In this document: positions 19,047 to 28,627 of the stretch, one piece after another | Position numbering within the stretch: position 1 is the first letter of the stretch | Layout: every line of letters begins with the position of its first letter | Source: Candidatus Omnitrophota bacterium | Lineage (GTDB): Bacteria > Omnitrophota > Gorgyraeia > JAFGIU01 | DNA length: 64,000 nucleotides | Direction: 5' to 3' | Assembly: GCA_016929445.1 (NCBI GenBank) | Contig: JAFGIU010000057.1 | Coordinates: forward strand, 3,867 to 67,866 | Program-made: the position numbers and the translations under genes | The notes under the pieces: generated by a model | The model's input: the letters and a program-made list of their open reading frames with translations, nothing else | What the model was told of the DNA's origin: nothing | The model's database searches: none

Positions 19047-22000
19047 CTAATTCTTCTGACTCAATTTAAAGAACGCGCTCGGAGTGGTGCTGCGCACCCC
19101 TCCTTCATTCAAGAACAGCAGTTGCACCACAAGCGAATGGGAAGCCCGCACCGTGCCCAAAAAACTCATCCTCCCATCCCCTGCAAATTCCCGCACCCCG
19201 CCCATACTGCGCACGGGATTGGGCCACTCCAAGGCCTCTTCCTCAACGACTTGCTGCTGCAACAAATAGCGCACACCCAACTCCATAACCTGGCGATAGA
19301 GCTGGGCCCGGTCCGGGAACCCGGCCTCCTCGGCCAAAGCCGAGGCCTCTCCCATAGATAACGAGAAAATTCCGGTATCTGCCGTGGAACCGTGAGGCCC
19401 GACCCCGCCGAAGATCTCCCAACCCTCTCCGAGCGAAGCACTTTGCAAAGGCACCAACCGGTCTGCGCTGCGCACCACCCAATCCGCATAAGCCTCCTCC
19501 CCCGTGGCCCGGTAGGCTTGGTGCAGGGACTGAATCAGCCAATAGGCGGTTTCCAGATCCTCGATCTGTCCCGCATACTCCGCCAGAAAAGGGAAGCTGG
19601 TCTCGACCCGTTTCAGGAAGATGTCGTGCCCGGTAAAATAATAGAGTTCCATAAAGGCCGATAGCGCATAGCCCACCTGCAAGAGAGAGGCCTCCTCCGG
19701 ATCGGACTTGAACACTCCGCTGCCCCAGCGCCCGTCCTCCTCCTGCAACAGACCCATGAAGCCCACCAGCTTCTCGAGTTGCCCCTGATACAGACGCGGC
19801 TCCCTCAACTGAATGATCCCCAAAACACCCAGAGCCGTGGGCCCCAGTTGGCCGCCCTGATCCGGCCCGCCCAAATACCCGAGCTGCAAGTTCCCGTCAA
19901 AATCCGCGCCTTCCAGGGTGTAGTCGTGATAGGCCTGCCTCAAATGCAAACCCAGTTTGTATTGGAAGAGTTTCTCCAAGTCATAGTTGGAGGTAAAGGC
20001 CGCCAGGAGACCCATGCGCAAGGAGCCCTCGAGCTGATCCGCCAGAGTCCCGGTGGAAAGGTAAAGATCCCGGGGCGCATCATAGGCGGCAGCCATCCAG
20101 CCCGTGTCATCCATATATCCCTGCAAACACCAGCGCGAGGCATCATAGAGCCGGCCCCACAGGGCCGTGGTATCGGCCAAGTCGGGATCCTTGAGACAGA
20201 ACTGGATAATTTCTTCCCGGCTCAGGGGCGCGACCAAGTCCCTGGCCTTTTGGATAAGCTCCCGGCGCTTATACGCATCAAAAAGCCTCAAGCGTCCGGC
20301 CAAACGGTGGCGCAGATCCGAGGTGCTTTCCTTGACCACTTTGTAGGGATCCGAAGGCAATGAAGACAAGAGCGATGCGTTCAAACGCGCCGTGGGCTGG
20401 TGCGTGGCATCCGGAGAGCGGAATTCCAGAATGAGGTCATCATCGGTGTGAAAGTCTCCTGCTCCCGCGTACTGGCGCAAACCTTCCTCGCCCAATACAA
20501 AACAACTGAGCAGATCATAGAGGGAGTCCACCCCAATGCGCGCAAGGTCCTGACGCAACTGCGTGCGTTTGAATTGCCCCCGGACCTTCTCCACATCAAA
20601 CTCCACAGGAACATCCGAACCCAGCAGGAGCACATCCACTCCGTGCGCCAGCTCCCAGACCTGCGTGTGCGGGAAGACTTCCCCAAAAGTGCGCGTGAGC
20701 AACTTAAGGTCCGCGGGATCGAGGCCGTCCAGAGGAATCCACTGACAAAAAACTCCGCCGCTTTTCAATGCCGCGCGCCCGGCAGCCAGACTTTCATAGG
20801 TGAGCAACGCCCCCGAAGGATAGCTCCACAAGTCCTGCGGCCCGGAGATAATGACATCGTAAACATCAGCCTGCGCGCGCAAGTACCCGCGCAAGTCTTC
20901 GCGCACTAAATGCACCCGGTGATCGGCCAGCACATTACGGTTGTGGAGAGTAAAGAACTGCGAGGCCTCCACTGCAGCCTGCTCCGGCTCCAGAATATCA
21001 ATCCCTTGCACCGCATGCGTGGCCACCGAACTGCTCAGGATCCCGGTTCCCAAACCCACCACCAGAACCTCCCGGGCCTCAGTATGCAACATGAACGGCA
21101 ACTGGCCGGCAAGCACTTCGCTCTCAAGCCGGCTCTTGGCCGCCCCGATAATCCGGCCGTTCCGGACCAAGTAACGGTCGGACCCATCCCGCTCGTCAAT
21201 CACACTCACGGTTTGCGCCGAGCCCTCCCGGTAATACCGCACATCATAACGCGAGTGCAAGTCCTGGCGGAAAGAAGCCCAGCTCGGATTCGCGGTCTGG
21301 AAAGAACTTTGATGCAAGTCGCGGGTAAAAAGGAGAGGATCCCAGGGGGCCAGATAGGCCACAATCAAGGTCAAACAAGGAAGCGCGGTCACGGCTGCAG
21401 CGCGCATTCCAAAAGAGTGACGCCGCGCAGAACGCCAATTCCACAACACAACACCCACCGAAAGATTCACGGCAATGGCCAGGATCACTCCCAAACGCCC
21501 GCCCACGGCAGGCACAATAGCCACGCCCAAGACCAAGGCCCCGCCCACAGCACCCAAAGCTCCCATAACGGTGAAAGCCGCCGCATCCCGGCCCATATGC
21601 CGGCGCCCGGTTGTGGCTGCATCCAAAGCCAAGGGAATCCCCGCGCCCATAAAAAAGGCTGTGGGCAAAAGGATAACGGTGGTTACCACAAGCATCCATC
21701 CCACCGTGGGGTAGAATTCCCCGCCAATGACCCGGCCGAACAAATAGTCAAAAACCGGCAAAAGCCCGCAAAGATAAAGAGTGGTGCAGGCCACAGCTCC
21801 CACCGAAAGCTGGGACACGGCCAGAAGCCGCAAGCGGTCCCCGCGCGACACACCGGGAAAACGCAGAACCGCCAAAATCCCCAACCCAATCCCGAGAAGA
21901 AAGGCGGAAAGCCCGAAGGAGAGCGTATAAATCGACCCGCCCGCATAGAAACTGAGGAAGCGCACCCAACTGACCTGATACACCAAGGCCGTGCCGCCGA

Positions 22001-22718
22001 TCAGGGCCAGAACCGCCAAACCCAGCGTGCGCCTTTGCTGCGCCAAAGGCGCCAGCCGCGCTGACGTGCGCATCACATGCGCGACGCGCCTGCGGCGCCG
22101 GACCCCCGGAGACGGCGGAGGCACACTGCGCTGGGATTCCGGCAGACTCCCCCAACCCAAAGCCGCGGCAATCACATGGCCCAGGGCTGTCAGGAAGACA
22201 GCCCCGGTCACACCCAAGAGCGCAAGGGAGAAAAACACACAGGCCAGGCAGCCCACCACCGCGCCCAGCATGCCAAAGCCGTAAAGCTGGGCCACCTCAT
22301 CCCCGCGCCGCTGCGGCAACTGCATCCAATAACGCGCCAAAACCGGCACACCTGCGCCGATAAAACCTGCAGGCACACCCAAGGCAAGGACCAGCGACAA
22401 GAGAAGAAAACCCCGCGGAGCGCCTTGAGCCAAAATTTGAATGAGAACCGGAAGGAGAAGAATGTAAGCGCCTGCGGCCAACTGAAAGACCGCGTATTTC
22501 CATAGCGCGCGGCGTCGATCCCACGCATCGGCAGTGCGGCCGCTTAAATAAGAGCCCGCGCTAATACCGCCGAAAAAAGCGAGGATAACAAGAAGGGTGG
22601 CGTGGAATTCTGAACCCACCAAGGGCAATACCAAACGCTGCCAAAGGATTTGGGCTGCCAAGGCGGCGCCCCCCGCCAAGGCAAGTGAAATCAGGAGCGC
22701 CTGATTTCTCCACTTCAT
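19047..22718 (-). CDS. Large membrane protein of 1223 aa: a multi-TM N-terminal region, a spermidine/spermine-synthase-like methyltransferase-fold domain, and a C-terminal alpha-helical domain of unknown function.
   Basis: SpeE-like segment VLVVGLGTGILSS...DVIISGPQDLWSYPSGALLTYESL. I placed the start at ATG 22718 (MKWRNQALLISLALAGG), preceded by AAGGAGA. The track's start at 22757 contains that SD. Confidence 0.65.
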   Translation of the reverse strand: MKWRNQALLISLALAGGAALAAQILWQRLVLPLVGSEFHATLLVILAFFGGISAGSYLSGRTADAWDRRRALWKYAVFQLAAGAYILLLPVLIQILAQGAPRGFLLLSLVLALGVPAGFIGAGVPVLARYWMQLPQRRGDEVAQLYGFGMLGAVVGCLACVFFSLALLGVTGAVFLTALGHVIAAALGWGSLPESQRSVPPPSPGVRRRRRVAHVMRTSARLAPLAQQRRTLGLAVLALIGGTALVYQVSWVRFLSFYAGGSIYTLSFGLSAFLLGIGLGILAVLRFPGVSRGDRLRLLAVSQLSVGAVACTTLYLCGLLPVFDYLFGRVIGGEFYPTVGWMLVVTTVILLPTAFFMGAGIPLALDAATTGRRHMGRDAAAFTVMGALGAVGGALVLGVAIVPAVGGRLGVILAIAVNLSVGVVLWNWRSARRHSFGMRAAAVTALPCLTLIVAYLAPWDPLLFTRDLHQSSFQTANPSWASFRQDLHSRYDVRYYREGSAQTVSVIDERDGSDRYLVRNGRIIGAAKSRLESEVLAGQLPFMLHTEAREVLVVGLGTGILSSSVATHAVQGIDILEPEQAAVEASQFFTLHNRNVLADHRVHLVREDLRGYLRAQADVYDVIISGPQDLWSYPSGALLTYESLAAGRAALKSGGVFCQWIPLDGLDPADLKLLTRTFGEVFPHTQVWELAHGVDVLLLGSDVPVEFDVEKVRGQFKRTQLRQDLARIGVDSLYDLLSCFVLGEEGLRQYAGAGDFHTDDDLILEFRSPDATHQPTARLNASLLSSLPSDPYKVVKESTSDLRHRLAGRLRLFDAYKRRELIQKARDLVAPLSREEIIQFCLKDPDLADTTALWGRLYDASRWCLQGYMDDTGWMAAAYDAPRDLYLSTGTLADQLEGSLRMGLLAAFTSNYDLEKLFQYKLGLHLRQAYHDYTLEGADFDGNLQLGYLGGPDQGGQLGPTALGVLGIIQLREPRLYQGQLEKLVGFMGLLQEEDGRWGSGVFKSDPEEASLLQVGYALSAFMELYYFTGHDIFLKRVETSFPFLAEYAGQIEDLETAYWLIQSLHQAYRATGEEAYADWVVRSADRLVPLQSASLGEGWEIFGGVGPHGSTADTGIFSLSMGEASALAEEAGFPDRAQLYRQVMELGVRYLLQQQVVEEEALEWPNPVRSMGGVREFAGDGRMSFLGTVRASHSLVVQLLFLNEGGVRSTTPSAFFKLSQKN

Positions 22719-22780
22719 AGACGCATCTCCTTGAGTGACATTGAATTGTAGCATCACTCAAGAATCGCAGTCAAACTGCA

Positions 22781-22890
22781 GGGACGGTTCTTACCGTTCG
22801 TTGAACTCGGCGGGCCGTAAGAACCGTCCCTGGTGTCAGGCACCGGTGCCAGGCACCGGTGCCTGACACCGTGAAACTATTCTGTTTCAC
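22781..22890. repeat. Cluster of three hairpins 3' of paralogue P1. (1) GTGAAAC-tattct-GTTTCAC spanning the stop codon. (2) A 39-nt near-perfect palindrome GGTGTCAGGCACCGGTGCC-a-GGCACCGGTGCCTGACACC. (3) A family-B hairpin GGGACGGTTCTTAC...GTAAGAACCGTCCC.
   Basis: Read directly at 22871-22890, 22832-22870 and 22781-22830. Confidence 0.5.
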
Positions 22891-24532
22891 GCCAGTCTAC
22901 CCAACGGTAAGGACGCACGGCAATTTCTGAGTCCACCAAATTCAAGACCTGTTCCGAATACAGGATGTCGCAATAGCCCTGGTCATTGGGAATGTGAAAC
23001 TCCCGGCCATTGAGAAGCACTGCGCCCAGAATCTGAGGCCGCTGATCCACGAGACTGCTCCCCCCTCCGAATGCGCTGTCCAGCACCAAGGGCACATTGA
23101 AGTGATTGTGGAATTCAATTTCCTTGGCTATAAAAGCGCCTCCCAAGTCAATATGGTTATTGCCCGTAAAAGAGCCGTTGGGCAAATACAGATTCGCGTA
23201 CATGACCACATGGTTGCGATCCACATCAAAATCGCCGGCCACATAGAGCACGCAATCCTTGGCGCTCAAACCGCTCCCCGCACCGGCCTGAAGCGTAAAC
23301 CCGTTGTCAATTGTGATGTCCCCAGCCACATGCAGGTTTGTTGGGGCCTGGAAGTAAATTTCACCCCAAACCCCCATGCTCAGGCTATTGAGATAGTAAT
23401 CCCCGCCGCTCAGGTAAAGCACGCAATGCCCGCCCATGCTGATGTTGCGGTAGGAGCCTGCGGCCAAAGTCTGCGTACTGTGATCGCCGAAAGCCAGATC
23501 CGTGGTGCCCGCGCTAAAGCTGGGGAAGCCAGGAAGGCTCATGAGCGGAAGACTCAGTGTGGTATGGGTTGTTCCTCCGATGCTCGAGTGATGACCCACA
23601 GAACCGGAATTGTAATGCAGATCTCCGGCCACTGTGGCGTGATGATCCAGGCTAAGGTTGTCGGCCATAATGCTTCCCCCCCAGACACCGTGAGAATCCG
23701 CGCTGAACCACCCCCCTGCGTTGACCACACCCACATTACCGGAAGCCACGTCCTGATGGTTGTGCATGGCCATGCGGTCCAGAGCCAGGAGCGCAAAGTC
23801 TCCCGCATCAAAGGGACTAGCCGGAGTCCCTATCAACTGCAGACGGGTCACATCCTCCACGCTGCCCGCGACATCGTGCTGATAAACCAACACCAAACCT
23901 GTCCACTGGGCATTGTTCTCCATGATCAGGCGCGGAGGCCTGGAAGCCGCAGGGGTCTTGTCTTCGATAAACAAGACCCCAAAACCTTGGAAGTCATCCT
24001 GGAGTGTGAGTCGGGCATCGTCCACATGCACGATCTTGTAGTTACCCGGGCTCCCGATGGCACTGCTGCCGTTATAAGTGGTGTCCGCTGAAATCACCAT
24101 ATCCGCGATCTGGCGAAAATAGTCGATCATCACTTCCACATCCACGGGAGTGACACCTCCCTCTATTGCAAGCGGGTCGCCGCTAATCGCTGTGTGAAGC
24201 ATGGAGATCACACCGGCATTCAAATCCGTCACTGCGCCGGGACGGTCCCCGGAGCCGGCCAAATTCCCCGATGTGTCAAAATTGTGGCCGTCAATGACCG
24301 CCTCTGCAGGGTAAGTAGGGCTCCCGTCGAGGCTCAGAGAATAACTCGCCTCCCCGGCACGCGAGACAAAGGATACAGCGCCCAGGCTCCCGGCCACTGC
24401 ACCGACCTGGGCCTTCTCGCCGGTCACGACGACTTTCTTGCCTTCAGCGGCAAGGGAAAGGGGCGCCACACACAGTGTGAACGCCCCTATTAACACCAAG
24501 CAGGTTGTTGGTTGCTGGATTCGCGTTCTCAT
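22877..24532 (-). CDS. Secreted His-rich beta-helix-like repeat protein, paralogue P1 (551 aa). Candidate pilus-associated or tip protein.
   Basis: ATG 24532 is preceded by GGGGGAGGAGG. Signal peptide LVLIGAFTLCVAPLSLAAEG. About 85% identical to P2 across long blocks (for example MHNHQDVASGNVGVVNAGG...HYNSGSVGHHSSIGG). Conserved C-terminus RPYRWVDWRETE. Confidence 0.75.
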   Translation of the reverse strand: MRTRIQQPTTCLVLIGAFTLCVAPLSLAAEGKKVVVTGEKAQVGAVAGSLGAVSFVSRAGEASYSLSLDGSPTYPAEAVIDGHNFDTSGNLAGSGDRPGAVTDLNAGVISMLHTAISGDPLAIEGGVTPVDVEVMIDYFRQIADMVISADTTYNGSSAIGSPGNYKIVHVDDARLTLQDDFQGFGVLFIEDKTPAASRPPRLIMENNAQWTGLVLVYQHDVAGSVEDVTRLQLIGTPASPFDAGDFALLALDRMAMHNHQDVASGNVGVVNAGGWFSADSHGVWGGSIMADNLSLDHHATVAGDLHYNSGSVGHHSSIGGTTHTTLSLPLMSLPGFPSFSAGTTDLAFGDHSTQTLAAGSYRNISMGGHCVLYLSGGDYYLNSLSMGVWGEIYFQAPTNLHVAGDITIDNGFTLQAGAGSGLSAKDCVLYVAGDFDVDRNHVVMYANLYLPNGSFTGNNHIDLGGAFIAKEIEFHNHFNVPLVLDSAFGGGSSLVDQRPQILGAVLLNGREFHIPNDQGYCDILYSEQVLNLVDSEIAVRPYRWVDWRETE

Positions 24533-24660
24533 GACATCCTCCTCCCCCTTCAGGGATTAGTTTTCAGGGCTTCAGATCCGGACCGGGCAGTGTCTCTAGG
24601 ACCCCCTTGCCGCAGTCCGCTGGTTTAGCCCCGGAGGATGTCACCTCCCGCTTACCAGCA

Positions 24661-24756
24661 CGTCATTGCCAGGAGCGCTACTCGTCATCCCGAGGAGCGA
24701 AGCGGCGGGGGGATCTATGTCCCGCAAAGATTGCTTCGCTACGCCCGCAATGACGA
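24661..24756. repeat. Family-A palindromic repeat copy A1 (CGTCATTGC...GCGAAGC...GCTTCGC...GCAATGACG).
   Basis: Nested inverted repeats at 24661-24669 / 24748-24756 and 24697-24703 / 24733-24739. Confidence 0.5.
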
Positions 24757-24786
24757 AGGAGGCTCACTCGCCATGACTACGGTGTT

Positions 24787-26454
24787 TTATTCGTCTTCCC
24801 TCCAATCCACCCACTTGAACGGGCGCGCTGCGAGCTCAGAGTCTACTGCTGTCAGGACCTCTGAGGAATATAGAATGTCCGCATAAGTCTCGCCGTTGGG
24901 AATGTGGAACTGGCTCCCTGCCATGAGCACCGCGCCCAGAATCTGCGGCCGCTCAGCAGAGCCTCCTCCAGCGCTACCAAAACCACTGTCGAGACTCGCC
25001 GGCACATTGAAGTGGTTGTGGAACTCGATACTTCTGGCGATAAACGCTCCACCCAACTCAATGTGATTATGGCCCGTAAATGATCCATTAGGCATATAGA
25101 GATTTGCGTAAATGACCACATGATTGCGATCCACGTCAAAATCGCCGGCCACGTAAAGCATGCAGTCCTTCGCACTCAAACCACTCCCTGCATCAGCCTG
25201 CAGCGTAAAACCATTATCAATATTGATATCGCCCGCCACATGCAAGGTTGTGGGAGCCTGGAAATACACTTCACCCCAAACCCCCATGCTCAAGTCTTCG
25301 ATATAGTAGTCACCACCGCTCAAATAAAGCACGCCATTGCTGCCAAAAGTAATATCCTTGTAGGATCCCGCTGCCAGTGTATGCGTTGCGTTGTTCCCCA
25401 AGCTGACATCTGCAACCCCTGCAGAGAAGCTGGGAAAAGTGGGCAGCGTCAACAAGGGCGTACTCAAAGTAGTATAGGTTGCGCCCCCTATGCTGGAGTG
25501 ATGATCTACAGAACCTGTGTTGTAGTGCAGGTCACCGGCTACCGTACAGTGATGGCCCAGCGAGAGGTTGTCGGCCATAATGCTTCCACCCCAGACCCCA
25601 TGGGCATCCGCCGTAAATGTCCCGCCTGCATTGACGACACCCACATCACCACTGGCCACATCTTGGTGATTGTGCATTGCAATGCTGTCAATACCCAACA
25701 ACACAAAATCACCCACATCAAAGCCGGTCGACGCCGCAGTCCCCATCATTTTCACGCGTGTCACGTCATCGGCGCTGCCGGCCCCATCGGCCTGGTTCAC
25801 AAGCACCAAACCTACCCATTTGGCGTTATTGAGCATGACCAGGCGGGGATCCCTGCTTGAAGCGGGGTTCTGGTCGTCGATCACTAACACGCCGTAGCCC
25901 TCAAAATCACCCTCAAGCGTGAGCTGCGCGTCCTGGACATAGACGATCTGGTAGTCCGCGGCCCCGCCGATGTTATTGGTTTCGTCGTAGGCCGTGTCCG
26001 CAGTGATCGTCAAATCAGCCGCATACTTAAAGTATGCAACCATTTCGGCTGGATCGACAGCACTGAGGTCTTCGCCTCCCAACAGGGCCGAAGGATCTCC
26101 GCTCACCACGGCATTGCTGGTTGAAAGAGACCCCACGACTTCATCCGTAACCAAGCCGGGCCGGTCCCCGGCGCCCGTCAGGTTGCCGCTGGCATCGTGG
26201 TTCTCGCCTTCAACCACCAGCTCGGATGCGGCTGAAGCGCTCCCGGCCACAGTCAACGCATAGGTCGTTTCTCCGGCGCGGCCCAAGAGACTTAAAGCAC
26301 CCAGACTTGCGGAAACAGTCCCCACAGCCGGCTTAATCCCTGTGACCGAGACCTTTTTCTCCTCTGCGGAAAATGCGGTGCCGGCGCTCAGGCAAAAAAT
26401 GCCGAAGCCCATCACTAGTAACAGGCTTATTGTGAGTACGCTCATTCGTTTCAT
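24787..26454 (-). CDS. Paralogue P2 (555 aa), a tandem duplicate of P1.
   Basis: Start moved to ATG 26454 (MKRMSVLTISLLLVMGFGIFCLSAGTAFSA), preceded by GAGGAGG. The track start at 26625 would read through repeat A2. C-terminus RPFKWVDWREDE. Confidence 0.75.
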   Translation of the reverse strand: MKRMSVLTISLLLVMGFGIFCLSAGTAFSAEEKKVSVTGIKPAVGTVSASLGALSLLGRAGETTYALTVAGSASAASELVVEGENHDASGNLTGAGDRPGLVTDEVVGSLSTSNAVVSGDPSALLGGEDLSAVDPAEMVAYFKYAADLTITADTAYDETNNIGGAADYQIVYVQDAQLTLEGDFEGYGVLVIDDQNPASSRDPRLVMLNNAKWVGLVLVNQADGAGSADDVTRVKMMGTAASTGFDVGDFVLLGIDSIAMHNHQDVASGDVGVVNAGGTFTADAHGVWGGSIMADNLSLGHHCTVAGDLHYNTGSVDHHSSIGGATYTTLSTPLLTLPTFPSFSAGVADVSLGNNATHTLAAGSYKDITFGSNGVLYLSGGDYYIEDLSMGVWGEVYFQAPTTLHVAGDINIDNGFTLQADAGSGLSAKDCMLYVAGDFDVDRNHVVIYANLYMPNGSFTGHNHIELGGAFIARSIEFHNHFNVPASLDSGFGSAGGGSAERPQILGAVLMAGSQFHIPNGETYADILYSSEVLTAVDSELAARPFKWVDWREDE

Positions 26455-26551
26455 GACATGCCTCCTCAGTGTCCCTGTTTCAAGGCCATTGCCGCCCGGC
26501 CCACGCCCTTGAAACACACAGTATGCAACCCCCGTCTTGTGTCGTTGCCTC

Positions 26552-26652
26552 AAAAACGCCGTCATTGCGAGCCGAACCTGGCGAGGCGCGGCAACCTTTA
26601 CGGAACGCGGAACAAAGATCACCACGTCGCTTCGCTCCTCGCGATGACGAGG
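26552..26652 (-). terminator. Family-A repeat copy A2 acting as a rho-independent-type terminator between P3 and P2: hairpin CCGTCATTGCGAGC...GCTCCTCGCGATGACG, followed on the minus strand by CGTTTTTG.
   Basis: Inverted repeat at 26559-26572 / 26635-26652. The U-run corresponds to plus-strand caaaaacg at 26551-26558. Confidence 0.45.
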
Positions 26653-26661
26653 TCCCGCATC

Positions 26662-28290
26662 TTATTCTGCTTCCCGCCAATCCCTCCAAGCATAGGCCCG
26701 GTCATCAATCAAGGCCTCACATGCATCCAAGGCCTGTTCCGAATAGAACACATCAAAAAAGGTCTCTGTATTGGGTAAATGCATCGTGCTCCCCGACAGC
26801 AGCACAGCCCCCAAGATCATGGGACGCTCTTCCGCCCGCCCCCCAATAAAAGCCGAGTCTCCGTTGACTGCTGTGGCCAGGTTATTACTGAAGTCCACGA
26901 CGTTGGCAATCACCGCTCCCTGGAAATCAGCGCCGTTGCCTACCACAATGGACCCGTTGGGAATGTAGATATTGGCATGCACGACCGGGTTGTTGAAGGT
27001 GCAGTCAAAGGTGCCCGTAATATAAATCATCATATCTTTCGGCCCCAAGCCCGCAGCCCCCTCGATCAAGGAAAATCCGTTGGTCACATCAATATCCTCG
27101 GCCACGTAGAGATTGGTGGCTGCAGTGTAATACACGGTGCTGTTTTGGCCCATTTGCAGGCGCCGGATGTAGATATCCCCTCCGGTGAGATAGAGCGTCG
27201 CGTTGTTGCCCATGCGGATCTCGTCATAGGAGCCCGCAGCCGCGCTTTCGATTGCGCCATTGGCCGTGTTGATGATGTCGTCGCCTGGCGCGCCCGCGGA
27301 AAAGACCGGATAGGGCGGCAAAGCCACGTCTGAAAAATCCAGACTGGGATAAACAGTGCCCACCACTGTGACGTTGTTGTCCACGGTCAAATTATTCGAG
27401 TGCACGTCCTCGTTGATAATCACATTCTCCTCGAGATACACCGAATCCGCCAGCACACTCCCGTTAATCACGGCGCCGTTTTCGACAGTCAGAGTATTTC
27501 CCGCGTTGGCGATCCCGATATCCCCGTTGATGATGGCTCCGGTACCGATGATCAAGTCCGAAAGACCCAGCAGCGCATAATCCTGCATGAGAATTTCCAT
27601 GCGGCCTTCCAAAGTGACCCGCGTGACCTGGGAAGCCACAGTCGAATCCTGATATACCACCACCAAGCCCGTCCAAGTCGCGGTGTTGTGCATGACCAGC
27701 CTCGGAGTAGTCCCATCACCGCTCCTGTCCCAAATAGCCAAGACGCCGAAGCCTGCGAAATCCTCTGCCAGAGTGAGCGTCGCGTCATCCACAAAAACAA
27801 TCTGGTAATTTCCGGCGCTGCCGATGCTCCCGCCGTTGTACGTGGTATCCCCGGTAAAAATGATATCCGCGCGGTCCCTGTACCACTCCACCATCTCGAA
27901 GACATCAATGGAGGCCACACCCCCCAGCTGGCCTGAGGGATCTCCCGTCACAACCAGGTTCGAGGCCGTGATCGTCCCAACCACCTGGTCCGTGGCAATC
28001 CCGGCCTGGTCGTCCGCCCCGGTAGCTGTGGCAGTCAAATCGTAATTCGTGCCGTCAATCACGCCCTCCAGCGGCTCCCCGGGTTCCCCGGCAGCCACCA
28101 GGGAATAGCTCGCGGCTCCGTCCCGGCCCATAAAGTTCACGGCCCCAAAGGTCAAGGCATCCAAGGCCGGACGGGTCGCGGTCACTTCCACCTTTTTGGC
28201 TTCAAACCCAAAAGTCCGGCTTGCCGCGCCCAAGGCATTCATGGCCACAAACACCGCCAAAATAAAGACACTCCCCAAGAACCTCTTCAT
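26662..28290 (-). CDS. Paralogue P3 (542 aa), a divergent member of the same family.
   Basis: Start moved to ATG 28290 (MKRFLGSVFILAVFVAMNALGAA), preceded by GGGGGAAAGGG. The track start at 28305 is GTG. Shares the C-terminal block ...YIPNGS...FQGAVIANVVDF...RPMILGAVLLSG...AWRDWREAE. Confidence 0.75.
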   Translation of the reverse strand: MKRFLGSVFILAVFVAMNALGAASRTFGFEAKKVEVTATRPALDALTFGAVNFMGRDGAASYSLVAAGEPGEPLEGVIDGTNYDLTATATGADDQAGIATDQVVGTITASNLVVTGDPSGQLGGVASIDVFEMVEWYRDRADIIFTGDTTYNGGSIGSAGNYQIVFVDDATLTLAEDFAGFGVLAIWDRSGDGTTPRLVMHNTATWTGLVVVYQDSTVASQVTRVTLEGRMEILMQDYALLGLSDLIIGTGAIINGDIGIANAGNTLTVENGAVINGSVLADSVYLEENVIINEDVHSNNLTVDNNVTVVGTVYPSLDFSDVALPPYPVFSAGAPGDDIINTANGAIESAAAGSYDEIRMGNNATLYLTGGDIYIRRLQMGQNSTVYYTAATNLYVAEDIDVTNGFSLIEGAAGLGPKDMMIYITGTFDCTFNNPVVHANIYIPNGSIVVGNGADFQGAVIANVVDFSNNLATAVNGDSAFIGGRAEERPMILGAVLLSGSTMHLPNTETFFDVFYSEQALDACEALIDDRAYAWRDWREAE

Positions 28291-28547
28291 GGCCCTTTCC
28301 CCCACAATAAAATGACCGGAACTCCGAACTTGCGCACCTGCTCCACGCGAGCCTCCCCTTCAAATCCTGCCCTCTCAGACTGTTCTCCCTAACCGTCGTC
28401 TCAAACGACTGACCCCGTACCCCTGAGGCAATGACGGCCTACCCCCATCAGGACAAGAACTTGGGCCCGCAGGCTACCCCTTCAGGCTGTTCGGTTTCCC
28501 GGCCAGATACACTTGCTGTATCGTGGACATAACAAGATCCATCTGGG

Positions 28548-28575
28548 AGTATAACACCAATTAGAATATTTTCAA
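28548..28575 (-). promoter_or_regulatory. Sigma70-like promoter (TTGAAA, 16-nt spacer, TATACT) for the P3-P2-P1 unit, with a leader of about 250 nt.
   Basis: The reverse complement of 28548-28575 reads ttgaaa atattctaattggtgt tatact. It lies in an AT-rich island between the pseudopilin gene and P3. Confidence 0.35.
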
Positions 28576-28627
28576 GGACTCTTTTAATATCGTATTGTTA
28601 AGTTGTTTAATGCACATTTTGGCAGGA

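Noticed and set aside
26455-26625. ORF-track N-terminal extensions from upstream GTG/TTG starts. Examples: P2 from 26625, P3 from 28305, the 59685/60105 pilin starts, 32007, 9106, 22757, 42471, 46575, 52980, 54017.
   Set aside because: The extensions read through terminator repeats, overlap upstream genes by 50-200 nt, or lie upstream of Shine-Dalgarno-preceded ATGs that give canonical signal-peptide or prepilin N-termini.
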